This document shows, one piece after another, positions 25,210 through 37,504 of a stretch of 64,000 nucleotides of DNA (position 1 is the first letter of the stretch; each line of letters opens with the position of its first letter). A program made the translations under genes and the position numbers. The DNA is taken from contig NC_043006.1 in the NCBI RefSeq assembly GCF_006345805.1, positions 60,450,001 through 60,514,000 of the forward strand, in the 5' to 3' direction. The notes under the pieces were generated by a model that worked only from the letters and a program-made list of their open reading frames with translations, had not been told where the DNA came from and ran no database searches. Source of the stretch: Octopus sinensis. Its lineage: Eukaryota.

Positions 25210-25213
<4 letters not shown>
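23611..25213 (+). repeat. Tandem array of a non-coding 562/563-bp unit (2 full + 1 partial), one HHR per unit
   Basis: Units start at 23611, 24174 and 24736; HHR tgag-CTGACGA...GAAA-CGTACG-TT-ctca at 23747-23798, 24310-24361 and 24872-24923 (third has CTGGCGA). Confidence 0.93.
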
Positions 25214-25249
<36 letters not shown>

Positions 25250-25251
<2 letters not shown>

Positions 25252-25687
25252 AGTATAGGAAAGAATGGAGCTGAACGAAGATTTAACAAAATTACTTTAT
25301 TTTATTTTCGACATATGTTTCGAAGTCTGCAAAGTCCCTAATTTCGAGTGAATAAGGAGTCCATTATGCAGCTTTCTCTTCAGGAAAATCCAGGAACTTA
25401 ATTCTCCAACAAAATGCACAACAAGCTTTTCGACGACTGCTCACGAGGAACCCATAAAAATAATGATAAAAAATGTCTATTTATGGGTTCCTCGTGAGCA
25501 GTCGTCGAAAAGCTTGTTGTGCATTTTGTTGGAGAATTAAGTTCCTGGATTTTCCTGAAGAGAAAGCTGCATAATGGACTCCTTATTCACTCGGAATTAG
25601 GGACTTTGCAGACTTCGAAACATATGTCGAAAATAAAATAAAGGAATTTTGTTAAATCTTCGTTCAGCTCCATCTTTCCTATACTTA
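25250..25687. repeat. Palindrome, ~209-bp arms and 21-nt spacer, with HHRs at 25304-25389 (-) and 25549-25634 (+)
   Basis: Arms differ at ~3 positions; HHR attttc-CTGAAGA-[long stem II]-GAAA-CATATG-TC-gaaaat. Confidence 0.92.
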
Positions 25688-26468
25688 ATATATAAAACTT
25701 CAAATTTCCGCACTAAGGCACGGATTTTATGCCCTATGGTCGTAACTTCAACCGTGCCCTTTCTGTTGTGAGTTTGCTACCCAGGTATCGTTTATCTTTC
25801 GAATTATCCGTAATAAGATAATTCATTTGTCTACTTATATATATATATATATATACATACGCACGCACACACAAACAATCATACACACACAATAGACACA
25901 CACACAGAGGAAAATATACGGCTCATAACATTCGGTTGAATTTATAATTTAGCAAGTTTACTATTACCCTCTATGCCGGTCATAGTTTATCAATATGTTG
26001 TATTTATGCTCAATAATAAATACAAATTAGGAAAATGAGATTGAAAAAATGGAAAGGAAAATCTATAAAGAGAAAATAATATATATTAAAATAAGAAAAA
26101 ACAGAAAACATTAATAAAGTAAAACTATAGTTGAAAAGATGTAAATGAAAAGACTTATGATCTGTGTCATTAATCGTATTGGATTTATTCGCTATTGTTA
26201 ATAAAAGAAGGGAGCATAATGTTTTTAATGATACTTGAATAATAATATTTATATTATCGTAGTTATTAAAATGAATACTTGTAATATTGTGATAAATATT
26301 ACATTGTTACGAAATTCTCATAGATATGTTGCACAATAAATAAGAAAATATTATTGAAATATACAAGTGTCACTCATGGTTGCAATACAAATTAATGTTA
26401 TTGCTTTTACACGTTAAACAATTCTAGTGTGCTAATTTCTTTATATGTATATACATTTATATAATATA

Positions 26469-27515
26469 CGAGGCAGTACTCGAACCGGAATTTTGCAAAT
26501 TTTGCAAATTTTATTCGTTTAGTTTTACATCACCTTTAAAGTATTCTCAATTTGGAGTAATGCATCGGTCCAGAGGCGTTTTCCCCTGTTCGAAGCAGTT
26601 CTAGAACTCTTGCGAAGTGATTCCTTTTAACATTTCTGTCGATTGTTTTCTTCACCTCTTCCACATCTGCAAAACGTTTAACTTTAAGGACTTTAAAAAA
26701 AGTTGCAAGGAGCAAGGCAATATCAGGTGAACAGTTAGGGTGAGTGAAGCGGGGACATGCCATTTTTGGTCAAAGTCTATCTCACACTCAAGGGGGTATG
26801 CGAAGGTACATTGTGATAATGAAGTCACCACTCTCCACTTTGTCATTGGTCTGGGAATTTTCGTCTTGCTGTGTCTCAGAACTGCCAAATAAAATGTCTT
26901 GATAACAATTTGACCTGGAGGAACACATACTGTGTGGCCACTTCCTTTCGCATCGATAAGAAAAATCAACATCGTCTTGACAATGGACTTCACTTGACGT
27001 ACTCTTAGGGGGCGTGGTGACATTGATTGCTTCCACTGACATGATTACTGTTTTATTTCCGGGTGGTAGCCACAACACCAGCTATCGTCCCCAGTGATGA
27101 TCTTCGAAAAAAGGTCCGGATCAACATAAAACTGTTCTTTCAGTCCATGACACGCATTCAGTCGTAACTCTTTTTGATCATCCGTGAGCACGTAAGGCAC
27201 AGATTTTTTGCAATTCCTCGATCAAAATTCGTTGGGAAGAGCTCCAGGTCATACCAGTCATAGCAACAAGTTCGCCAATTGTTCGGTGACGGTCCTCAAA
27301 TTTCATGAATTTTCGTGATGTTTTCACATGTTCGGGAGGTCAACGGTCGCCCTGAGCGAGGTTGGACTAAAGTGTGAAAGCCATTCGCAAGCTTGCATTT
27401 TGCTCATGGCAGCGTCCTTGCTTGAAGCATGACAGTTCTTTCGTCCGCCGATTTCCCGAGAAGAAAACACAATTTCTTGGAAGCACGATGTCTCTTCTTT
27501 TCAGCCATGGGGAAA
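26469..27515 (-). mobile_element. Degenerate mariner (irritans-like) transposon
   Basis: PRSGRPLTS, KIITGDDSW, VKSIVKTMLIF, RFADVEEVKK; TA-CGAGG terminus at 26467-26473; many stops and frameshifts. Confidence 0.85.
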
Positions 27516-27519
27516 CTCA

Positions 27520-28265
27520 ACGAACAGGGGAGAAGCACTGCAAAGTAAAGACGCACCATGTGGCAGTAGGGCTGCAGTTAGAATTTTCTTCGTGTTGAGT
27601 ATCCCATACCGCTGAAATGGTCCTTGAATAAGGGTTATTTAAGGATGTTGAACGAAACACTCGCTTTTTCAGAGGTGAATTAATCAAACTCCAAAGAATT
27701 GCTCTCAACAAGAATTGCTATGATGCTCCCCAACTACTTCTCGTGATCAGAGATGATCATATCGTTAGCCACCAAAGGTCATACCCAACTGGTTACGGTC
27801 AAACTGATAAGCAAATTTGTGGTATTGAGCAGAATATTTGCTGCATTATTTACATTATTTACATTCAATGGATTCATTCTTGCCTGTTGTTAACGTCACG
27901 TTTCGGTTTTTTAAAATAATAGACAGGGAACATCACTGGAAAATACGAAAACTAAAAGAAGCAAAACATATGCTAGGACACAACAACCTCTTAAGCAGAC
28001 CGAGTGCAAATATGAGCAGCATATGGGAACAAGTATTAAGGGAAGATAGAAAAATATTAGATTTATAAGCCCTAAACATTCGAACCTGGGTTCTCATACT
28101 TAAGGTATTTTCGTTGTTATCAATATTACTATTATTATTGCTCAGGTCACTGCTTGGAATCGAACTCAGAATCTTGGGATTAGTAGCCCGTGCTCTTAAC
28201 CATTACGCCATATGAACGTGGGCAATCATGGAGTGAATGCTTAGGGCTTATAAATATAATGTTTA
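27520..28265. mobile_element. Rearranged PLE composite: GIY-YIG C-terminus (+, ~27910-28068) inverted inside a minus-strand pseudo-LTR with tRNA-like head (~28140-28223)
   Basis: IIDREHHWKIRKLKEAKHML...LLSR; minus-strand TGGCGTAATGG / GAGTTCGATTC boxes then (AAT)n; 27838-27908 matches the post-HHR part of 5566-5790. Confidence 0.7.
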
Positions 28266-28293
28266 TATAGGACGTATTCTTTGAACAGGACGT

Positions 28294-28628
28294 ATTCTTT
28301 GTAAGCCTAGTACCTATTCTATCGGTCACTTTTGCCGAATCGCTAAGTTACGGGCACACGGAAACACACCAGCATCGGTTGTCGAGCGTTGTTGGGGGGA
28401 CAAACACAGACATACAAACATATATACACATATACATGTATGTATATATATATATATATGCATATATACCACGGACCTCTTTCAGTTTTCGTCTACCAAA
28501 TCTCACAAGGTTTTGGTCGGCCCGACGTTATAGTAGAAGACACTTGCCCAAGGTGCACGCAGTAGGAATGAACCTGGAACCATGTGGTTGGTAAGCAAGC
28601 TATTTACCACACAGTCACTCTTGCGCCT
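28294..28628 (-). mobile_element. SINE family B, 5' and middle portion
   Basis: tRNA-like head GGCGCAAGAGTGACTGTGTGGTAA on minus; colinear with 38978-39362. Confidence 0.85.
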
Positions 28629-28642
28629 ACATACACACACAT

Positions 28643-28693
<51 letters not shown>

Positions 28694-28772
28694 CTTGTGT
28701 GTATATGTTTATGTACATGAATCTCTATTCAGATATATGCGAGTTCCCGTATGTGTATATATTTTCTTTTAT

Positions 28773-28900
28773 TAGTTTACTTGTCTTAGTCGTTTGACTG
28801 CGGCCATGCTGGAGCACCGTGTTTAAGGATTTTAGTCGAACAAATCGACCCCAGATCTTATGTTTTAAGCCTTGTACTTACTCTATCGGTCTCTTTTTGT
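28773..28900 (-). mobile_element. SINE family B, 3' portion
   Basis: TTTGACTGCGGCCATGCTGGAGCACC...ATCGACCCC motif. Confidence 0.8.
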
Positions 28901-29225
28901 ACCCTCCTCAGAATTCCTCTTCAAACAAGGTGAAATATTTAAGATCAAATCAAATTTCACCTGTGTCTCGGAAAATCGAATCTATGCCATGACATGCTTA
29001 GGATGTGGTAACAACTATATTGGACAAACAGGAATATCACTCCGTCGAAGAACCACTATCCACAAAGAACAAATCCGCCACCCACAATACAGACAGTTAC
29101 AGGTTAGTGAACACATAGAAAGGTGTGCTAGGAATCTTAATCCTAATCTCCAAATTTTCCCCTTCTATCAATGCAGCAAAGAATGAATAAAGAGGCAACT
29201 TTCATCAATAGATATTTTCCACAAC
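28900..29225 (+). pseudogene. PLE GIY-YIG endonuclease fragment (Neptune-like)
   Basis: IKSNFTCVSENRIYAMTCLGCGNNYIGQTGISLRRRTTIHKEQI...VSEHIERC. Confidence 0.85.
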
Positions 29226-30820
29226 TAAATATGAACACATAATATAATACAGAACACCACTAACCCCATTCATCCCTTACACCATTCACATTACAATTCT
29301 ATATCTTACCTAACTGCACAAAATCTAGAACTACTTACCTCCCTTACAAATAATCTTTTTACTCAGGAACTATTAGACCTGACACCGGCTATTAGCCGCT
29401 GTTCATTCACAGCAATGAATAGTATATTGCGAAACCGCGGTATGCCTGAATCTCTTTAATAATCTCATAATAATGACTTTTATGACTTTTATTACTTTTA
29501 TTTCTACCTCAGTTCATCTAATTGTATATATCTGTCGTTACCTTTCATAAAAAGCCTTTTCTTTTTTATTTACAATGTGCATTTTCGTTGATTTTTCTTA
29601 CTTTCCCCTTACATTTCCACGTGTAGTTTCTATTTCCTTTTTGTAACATATTTCTATTATATATATGTATATATATATATGTATGTATATGTGTGTGTGA
29701 GTATTTATATATACATATACATACAAGCGCTCACGTTATAATTAGTTGTGAAAAGGTTCACTCGGTGAAGAATTGTCATATGACATTCTTTGTGTTGTTT
29801 GCTTAAATAAGGCTTGAAGTTACACATTAATGCATGCAAATTTATTTTTAGTATTGTTCCTTTCGTGAAACATTAATATTCTACATGAGATTATCGTAAT
29901 CTTTGGTATTTGAATTACTAACAGGCATTACAACATTGCACGCGTAAACCTTTACGCGTGGAAAGATTAATCCTTGTTATGCATCTCAGTGCAATTTTGA
30001 ATTTATTGCAATATCTCGTCCACAATGAATGCTACGCGTATCGTGATTGTGTATCGATGTGGCAGATAGTCAGCATGCAAACCCAACAATTTGTGGCAGA
30101 AAGTGTTGTGCTTTCATTTTCTTTCGTGTTAAATCTTAAGGCGTTGATGCAATAAGTGCAATAAGCTACCACTCTATGTGAGGAGACTTACTCAAATTCT
30201 TTGTGCTTAAATGTAGATAAAGAACATAACATCGGAGAATAAACTAATTAACCAGGAAATATTATGTTGGAGGTGAGGCGTTATCATGCTTTAAAGCATC
30301 ACGCTATAATCACTAATCGAACTGCAGGGAAAAATAAAAATCAACAAAACCGATTATTATCCAAACATCAAATGCTGGCCGATTGTTTTACTGTGCGGGC
30401 ATGTAGAACGTCTATTGTCACCTGTTTGAGAAAACAGAACGTTAGCAGAATATAATTTGGACAGTATTTTCTCACTCAGGTGTCTATAAAAATGATTGTC
30501 TAAAAATACAACCGAAAGCAGTAATGGCAGGTCATGTTGTTTGTACATCAGTCAAACTAGTGGTGGTGGATGGTGCTGGTAATGTAAATAATACTGCACG
30601 ACAATTTACAAACTCATATTGAACGTCACCTTCTTATGGGGTCCATTGATGTTGAGTGTGTGTCAGATAGATAAAAGCTTGAAAAATATTTCGGTCAAAT
30701 GCTTTGAATAAAGTCATTCTCAGTGTCAAATTTGTCAGCCACACTGTCACGGTATAGTGGAGTAAAAAACAAAACCTTTCTGTAAAGGCAATTTTTATTG
30801 AGAAAGAAACAAAAAAAACA

Positions 30821-31797
30821 TTGAAACGTGAATTTTTATTATAGTTATTATATGCAATAAACGCAGAACAAAGATCCAGTTATCTGACAAAAGATCTTAG
30901 AGTAGTTAGTTTCGTTTCTATAAGTTCTGACCCAGAAATTCAGCAGCTATCGTGAAGTAATGATGAATTATATTAGTATAATCTTACTGGAATAGTGTGG
31001 CTTTACGGAAATGTAAAGTATAAATGGGGGAACCGTTGGTATCTGAGAGTAAATGTTAACAAAGTGTTGAACTTTGATTCTTTACATATTTTCTTTTTCT
31101 TGTCGACATATAAAATAGGTACCATAACTGTTCCAGTATACTCAATATCACACCCATAGAAGTCAAAACATCAGGTCAAAGTAAAACACGATTATTATAT
31201 AGACGTGCCGCTAGAATACGTGCCGCTAGAATCACTACAGTATTGGGGTACATATCATCCTATGCTATTTGATTTTGTTTCCCCAAGTTCAGTTCAACTT
31301 TGCACGGTCTTAACTACATATAGCATCATTTAACACGTTCCCATGTCGATTCAATCAAGTTACCCTCTGCTAAAATGATTTATATCATGCATGACAATAT
31401 TTGAAACGACAAATTTTAGAATGTCAAATAACTGACTTGTATTATACGATTACGAAAAGTAAAGAACATGCAGCCATATTCTCTTCGATTTGTTTTTCAT
31501 ATTTTATATGTCCACAAGAAAAAGAAAATATGTAAAGAATCAAAGTTTAATACTTTGTTAATATTTACTCTCTGATGCCAACGGTTCCCCCATTTATACT
31601 TTACATTTGCGTAAAGCCACACAATTCTAGTAAGGTTATACAAATATAATTCATCATCACTTCATGATAGCTGCTGAATTTCTGGGTCAGAACTTATAGA
31701 AACGAAACTAACTACTTTAAGATCTTTTGTCCGATACCTGGATCTTCGTTCTGTGTTTATTGCATATTAATAACTGTAATAAAAATTCACGTTTCAG
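30821..31797. mobile_element. Foldback/MITE-like non-autonomous DNA element, ~300-bp TIRs
   Basis: 30821-~31118 mirrors ~31500-31797 (roughly 90% by eye); right end CACGTTTCAG-TA, left end CA-TTGAAACGTG, consistent with a mutated TA TSD. Confidence 0.85.
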
Positions 31798-32099
31798 TAA
31801 ATAAGCTGAAAAGTATTCTAAATAATATGAAGTGGATACGAGTTGACAAATGTTTTATCGGGATTCAATAAATAAGTCCAGAAAATATTTGAAACGATGT
31901 TAGAAAAATAATTTTCAACTTACAGTTGTTGATGATAATGATACTGGTGGTGATAGTAATGATGATGATGAGGATGACATCTCCGATATACTTAGGTGAC
32001 AAAAGTGAAGGAAGTTGTATAAGTAAAGTGTCTGTATTAAGGAATTTAATCTCGTAGATTGAGTTAAACATAAATCAATTAAGTTTTACTCACAAAGTA

Positions 32100-32680
32100 A
32101 TAATTTGAAACAGAATTTAAAGACCTGTAAAAGCTGTTCTTAAACATGCAGCCTTATTTCCGTAACCGCTTCATAGGATGTTAATGTTTTGTTGAAGACA
32201 ACCTGTTACGTGTTAAATTGACACATGTGAGATTAATAGCATTATCTTGAGATAACATAATCCTCAAAGAAGATATCGACGTACAACGAGGTACCGCAGT
32301 ATCATATTCTTTCAGTTCTTTAACCTTCGTGTTGAGTTCGATTCCAGTTTGTAAAGAATAGACCAACTTTATGTCATCGTGATTGCTTCAGTATTTTAAT
32401 TTTAAATAACATTTCATTTCTTTGAAGCATGTCTCCCTAAGGAACTTGACGGTGTAATAAGTAACAAAGAATATATATTAAGATGAAAACAAAAAAGTAA
32501 AGTAATTGATATTGTCGATTCCCAACTATATTGAAAACTCTCATCTTCGTACTGAAAATAACTGAATGGAACCATATTTCAGTTTGCTCCCAAACCAATC
32601 AAAGTAACGTTGATATCATGTGATATCATACTCAATGCAATTTCAATATTGCATATTGGAGCATACATGCCTTGAGTTCA
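32100..32680 (-). pseudogene. Possible ancient CR1-like LINE RT relic
   Basis: Minus-strand fragments QVP*GDML (cf. GVPQGSIL) and HDDIKL (cf. ADDIKL) occur in the expected order. Confidence 0.35.
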
Positions 32681-32983
32681 AACATTTCTCTTGGGTTTTA
32701 CGACTTTTCAGCATTAATTAAATTTTGTTTTTCGAAATGTATTTTCTTTTTGTTTTCCTCAAAACGCCTGCTTTCTACAGATTTCAATTCTACGTTTGTA
32801 TGAAATAGAAACAAAGATGAGTGCAAAGCTAAAATTATTCCATAGCATTTGTTTCACATCTAATTTATTTTAGTTTCAATAACTTGTGTAGGTTTCTTCT
32901 AACCTCTGTTGAAAAAGATAATCTGCGCTTCCTAATTCCCAGAAACGTATTGTAAGAATCTATCTCCCTCTCCCTCACCCTCC

Positions 32984-33018
<35 letters not shown>

Positions 33019-33165
33019 TGTATGTATGTATGTATGTGTGTGTGTGTGTGTGCGTTCATAAATTCATATGTATACATAGTTTAGCACATACACATTTATG
33101 ACTACATATATCTGATATAGTTAGATATGTATATATATGAATGTAGAAATATACATATATAGGTG

Positions 33166-33221
<56 letters not shown>

Positions 33222-33276
33222 AAGTATATGTATACACATATACACATTCGTATACATAAATCTACATAAGCTATAA

Positions 33277-33340
<64 letters not shown>

Positions 33341-33606
33341 GAGTGTGTGCGTATGTGTATGTATGTATATAAGCATGTATGCTTCTGTGTATATTATGCA
33401 TGTATATGCATGTGTCTGAATATATATATATATATTATATGTATATATACTCACACACATACACACAGATGATCACGCATACACACACATAAACACACGC
33501 ACATTCATATATATATATATATACATGTATGCGTGCGTGCGTGCATGTTAACGCATACAAACGTGTGTGTGTGCGTGTGTTTAGGGACATTCATATATGT
33601 ATATGT

Positions 33607-33653
<47 letters not shown>

Positions 33654-34179
33654 CTCATATAGGATGGGATTGAAAAATGGAGAACTCCAACTCAGCAGGC
33701 GAAAGGGAGGGAATATATAAATTTCACTAAATAAATGAAACGCGAGGTTAGAGTTTTAACTACGACAAAATAAACCCAAGTGATAAATTACAACGTTTCT
33801 TTTTATATACGTGAAAAGATAATTACAATATAACTATTTCTGAATCTTTTGTTGAAAAACCAATGGAGTTTCATGTAAAATGCAATTGAAAAACACCCGA
33901 CATTCCATTGTAGTTCCCAAAACAATATTAAGAAATAAACTCTTTCTCATAATCTCATGCAATGCAGCTTGAAGTGTTAATAGATATATACGATTTGTAC
34001 GTAGACACATACATATATACATGAATACAAAAATTGAATATACAAACACCTCACGCCACACATAAGTGATGGATGGGATGAAAACAATTTTTTGTCTGTT
34101 GTCTAAATCAGAAGCCATTGTTGTTATAATCACGTTTATTATAACGATAGTGAATACTGATTTAGCAGATATTTTGTCA

Positions 34180-34358
34180 CGTTGTTTGATGACAGCGAGT
34201 GTCCTCAAATCTCAAGAATCCCCTTAAGAATTCTTACAAAATATGGTAATTTTCTGAAGGTCGACAAAGCGATTCAGTTTCAGACTCAGTCATTCGTTTT
34301 AGATATCATTTCTGGTGCTTTACCAAGTGCACCAATTACTACAGGAATAATCGTTGCC
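34180..34358 (-). pseudogene. R4/Dong-like (RLE) retrotransposon C-terminal fragment
   Basis: ATIIPVVIGALGKAPEMISK...LQKITI, parallel to AIPIIVGALG...IQKIALL at ~44890-45000. Confidence 0.65.
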
Positions 34359-34360
34359 TT

Positions 34361-35507
34361 GGTTAAAACTTTTCTTCTTCTTCTTCTTCTTCTTCTTCCA
34401 GTTCTTCTTCTTCTTCCTTCTTCTTCTTCTTCTTCTTCCTATTCTTCTTCTTCTTCTTCTTCTTCTTCTTCTTCTTCTTCTTCTTCTTCTTCTTCTTCTT
34501 CTTCTTCTTCTTCTTCAATTCTTCTTCTTCTTCTTCTTCTTCTTCTTCTTCTTCTTCTTCCAATTCTTCTTCTTCTTCTTCTTCTTCCTTCTTCTTCTTC
34601 TTCTTCTTCTTCTTCTTCTTCTTCTTCTTCTTCTTCTTCTTCCAATTCTTCTTCTTCTTCTTCTTCTTCTTCTTCTTCTTCCAATTCTTCTTCTTCTTCT
34701 TCTTCCAATTCTTCTTCTTCTTCTTCTTCTTCTTCTTCTTCTTCCAATTCTTCTTCTTCTTCTTCTTCTTCCTATTCTTCTTCTTCTTCTTCTTCTTCTT
34801 CTTCTTCTTCTTCTTCTTCTTCTTCTTCCTTCTTTTCTTATTCTTCCAATTCTTCTTCTTCTTCTTCTTCTTCTTCTTTCCAATTCTTCTTCTTCTTCTT
34901 CTTCAATTCTTCTTCTTCTTCTTCTTCTTCTTCCTATTCTTCTTCTTCTTCTTCTTCTTCTTCTTCCAATTCTTCTTCTTCTTCTTCTTCCTTCTTCTTC
35001 TTCTTCCAATTCTTCTTCTTCTTCTTCTTCTTCCTATTCTTCTTCTTCTTCTTCTTCTTCTTCTTCTTCTTCTTTTCTTCTTCTTCTTCTTCTTCTTCTT
35101 CCAATTCTTCTTCTTCTTCTTCTTCTTCTTCCAATTCTTCTTCTTCTTCTTCTTCTTCTTCTTCTTCTTCTTCTTCCAATTCTTCTTCTTCTTCTTCTTC
35201 TTCTTCCTATTCTTCTTCTTCTTCTTCTTCTTCTTCTTCTTCTTCTTCTTCTTCTTCTTCTTCTTCCAATTCTTCTTCTTCTTCTTCTTCTTCTTCTTCT
35301 TCTTCTTCTTCTTCTTCCAATTCTTCTTCTTCTTCTTCTTCTTCCAATTCTTCTTCTTCTTCTTCTTCTTCTTCCAATTCTTCTTCTTCTTCTTCCAAAT
35401 CTTCTTCTTCTTCTTCAATTCTTCTTCTTCTTCTTCTTCTTCTTCTTCTTCCAATTCTTCTTCTTCTTCTTCTTCTTCTTCTTCTTCTTCTTCTTCTTCT
35501 TCTTCTT
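34361..35507. repeat. ~1.15-kb (TTC)n/(GAA)n array interrupted by CCAATTC/CCTATTC variants
   Basis: Direct reading; source of the poly-S/L/F/E/K/R ORFs. Confidence 0.97.
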
Positions 35508-35509
35508 TG

Positions 35510-35900
35510 ACTGCGCTGCTGTCCTGCATCAAGTGTAGACCGAACTTTGGTGCCTGGCATCTTGAATGACTTCAGGCACTCACAGATCTCAGCCAGTCAA
35601 GAAATAAAGTCAGTGGAAGTTCCACTTTGGCGTTCTTTAGAAGTTTCCTGGCGGGAAAGAGCGCCAACGTTCTCGGACAAGCTCTGGGTGTCAACGAGAA
35701 TAAACTGGCTCCTTGTTGTGGAGGACTTTGTGGAGAAACTCTTCAAGCATTGAAGAACAGTTAGTCGGGCTTGCCCGAGATGCACAGATAGGGAAGAAAA
35801 TGTTTTGCACACACTCATCCAGTGCCTGACTTGTGGGTTTCTGTCGAATACATGCAGGTGGGGCCTAGGTAGAATTTTCTTCAGGTTTTGTGGCTCATTT
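35510..35900 (+). pseudogene. L1/Tx1-like ORF2 C-terminal fragment (zinc knuckle)
   Basis: STLAFFRSFLAGK...RACPRCTDREENVLHTLIQC (CxxC-x8-H-x4-C). Confidence 0.65.
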
Positions 35901-36211
35901 CCCTCAAATGGTCCCTGAATATAGTAAAAATTAGGTAAAATCGATGTATATGCACGTTTCACGAGTTATTGTCCTTTCGTCAGCACCACATCGAACCCAT
36001 TAACTATCAATACTTAAATTGCTACTAAGTTTTGAGGAGAATGGTATTCGAAGCTCATAAAGCTACAAACAATAGCTTATGAATATTGGATTAACAGAAA
36101 AATGTCATAGAACTACAATCTACATCTCCTGTAGACATAGCGTCGACAATACACAAACATATATAAAGACACACACAGACACACTGACACAAGTGTTTAT
36201 GTGCTTACGTA

Positions 36212-36246
<35 letters not shown>

Positions 36247-37504
36247 ACATGTAAATATGTATACATGTAGAGAGACATGCACGATCACACATAGTTACAA
36301 CGCACATGTATATATACATATAGATTCAGTGGGACAAAGAAAAAGTTGATAGAGCTAGCACATAAGTATTTATACATTTTTTTTTATTTAATAGTTTTCA
36401 ATTTCTGCCGATTAAAAGAGAACATGTTTATATATACAGTTACAAATGAATACACATACACACACGAAACACATGTATAGAAACACTCATACACACACAA
36501 ACACACACTATATGTATGAATATATGTGTATATATTTTATCTTCTACTTGTTCAGTTCATTGGATTACGGCTTGTGTAAATGCTTGTATAAAGACTTACA
36601 TGCATATATGATATACATACATACGTAAATGTCTCACAGTGTTTTATTCATGTGTAAGTATACTTGCATATACACACTTACGGATGCACGTGCAGAAATA
36701 CACATACATGCATTTATACATTTTCACATGCGCGTTTCAATATTTCATATGTGCGTGTATGTTTGTATATAGTTTTGTGTTTGACGTTACTCATGATTTT
36801 AAGAATAATTTTTTTCGGTTCATATTGTCTTTGCTACAATGACAGATTTCGAAAATATTGAATTATCACGTGATATGTCAATGTTTTTTTTTTCTTCTAG
36901 TCGACACCTTTCTTTAGAACAATCGTAATTAAATATTCAGAAATAGAAAGAAAGATTTTTATTTATAATTCAATTTGTTAAGTGACATTTACAAAAATGT
37001 AGGCCTTTGAATTACTTACGTAGCTTGAATAAATATGTAGAAATAAACACATGCATGAACTCATATAAGGCGTATGTGTATATGTTCGTATGTATATATA
37101 TATATATATATATCTGTATAAACATACATAAGCATACAAATATAGACATACCTATAATTATAAATATATACATCTAAAATATAATTTACACATGTATACA
37201 ATGTCTCCCAGCCACATATATATATGTACATGTACACACAATTTTCTATGAAAATGTGTACCCATACCCATATAAATATATACATAAATAAATACATAAA
37301 TATATGGAGAGAATATATCTATATTTATTTGTGTGCTTATTATCACGCACGTTTATAGATCTGTTTCTGAGTGAGTGTGAATGTGTGAGGATGCATGTAC
37401 ACAAGCGAGAGAAAATCGTACCCAGCTTATGTCAGATTTCAGTGTATTTCTTAACATGTTGACATTTTGCCATGCAGTTTCGTAGCCATATATATATATA
37501 TATA

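Noticed and set aside
23611-25213. CRISPR-like or viral repeat interpretation of the tandem arrays
   Set aside because: Units are ~560 bp and identical throughout, with no unique spacers and no cas-like ORFs; the context is eukaryotic.
29412-29446. HHR downstream of the Neptune-like fragment (GCAAT…ATTGC-GAAA-CCGCGG-TA)
   Set aside because: The 3' half fits but no CUGANGA lies upstream; at most a fossil.
33834-34208. 124-aa minus-strand ORF with hydrophobic stretches
   Set aside because: No recognisable domain; length is compatible with chance and it overlaps a LINE fragment.
34182-35560. 442-aa and 394-aa poly-Ser/Leu/Phe ORFs and poly-Glu/Lys/Arg ORFs
   Set aside because: Frame read-throughs of the (TTC)n array.
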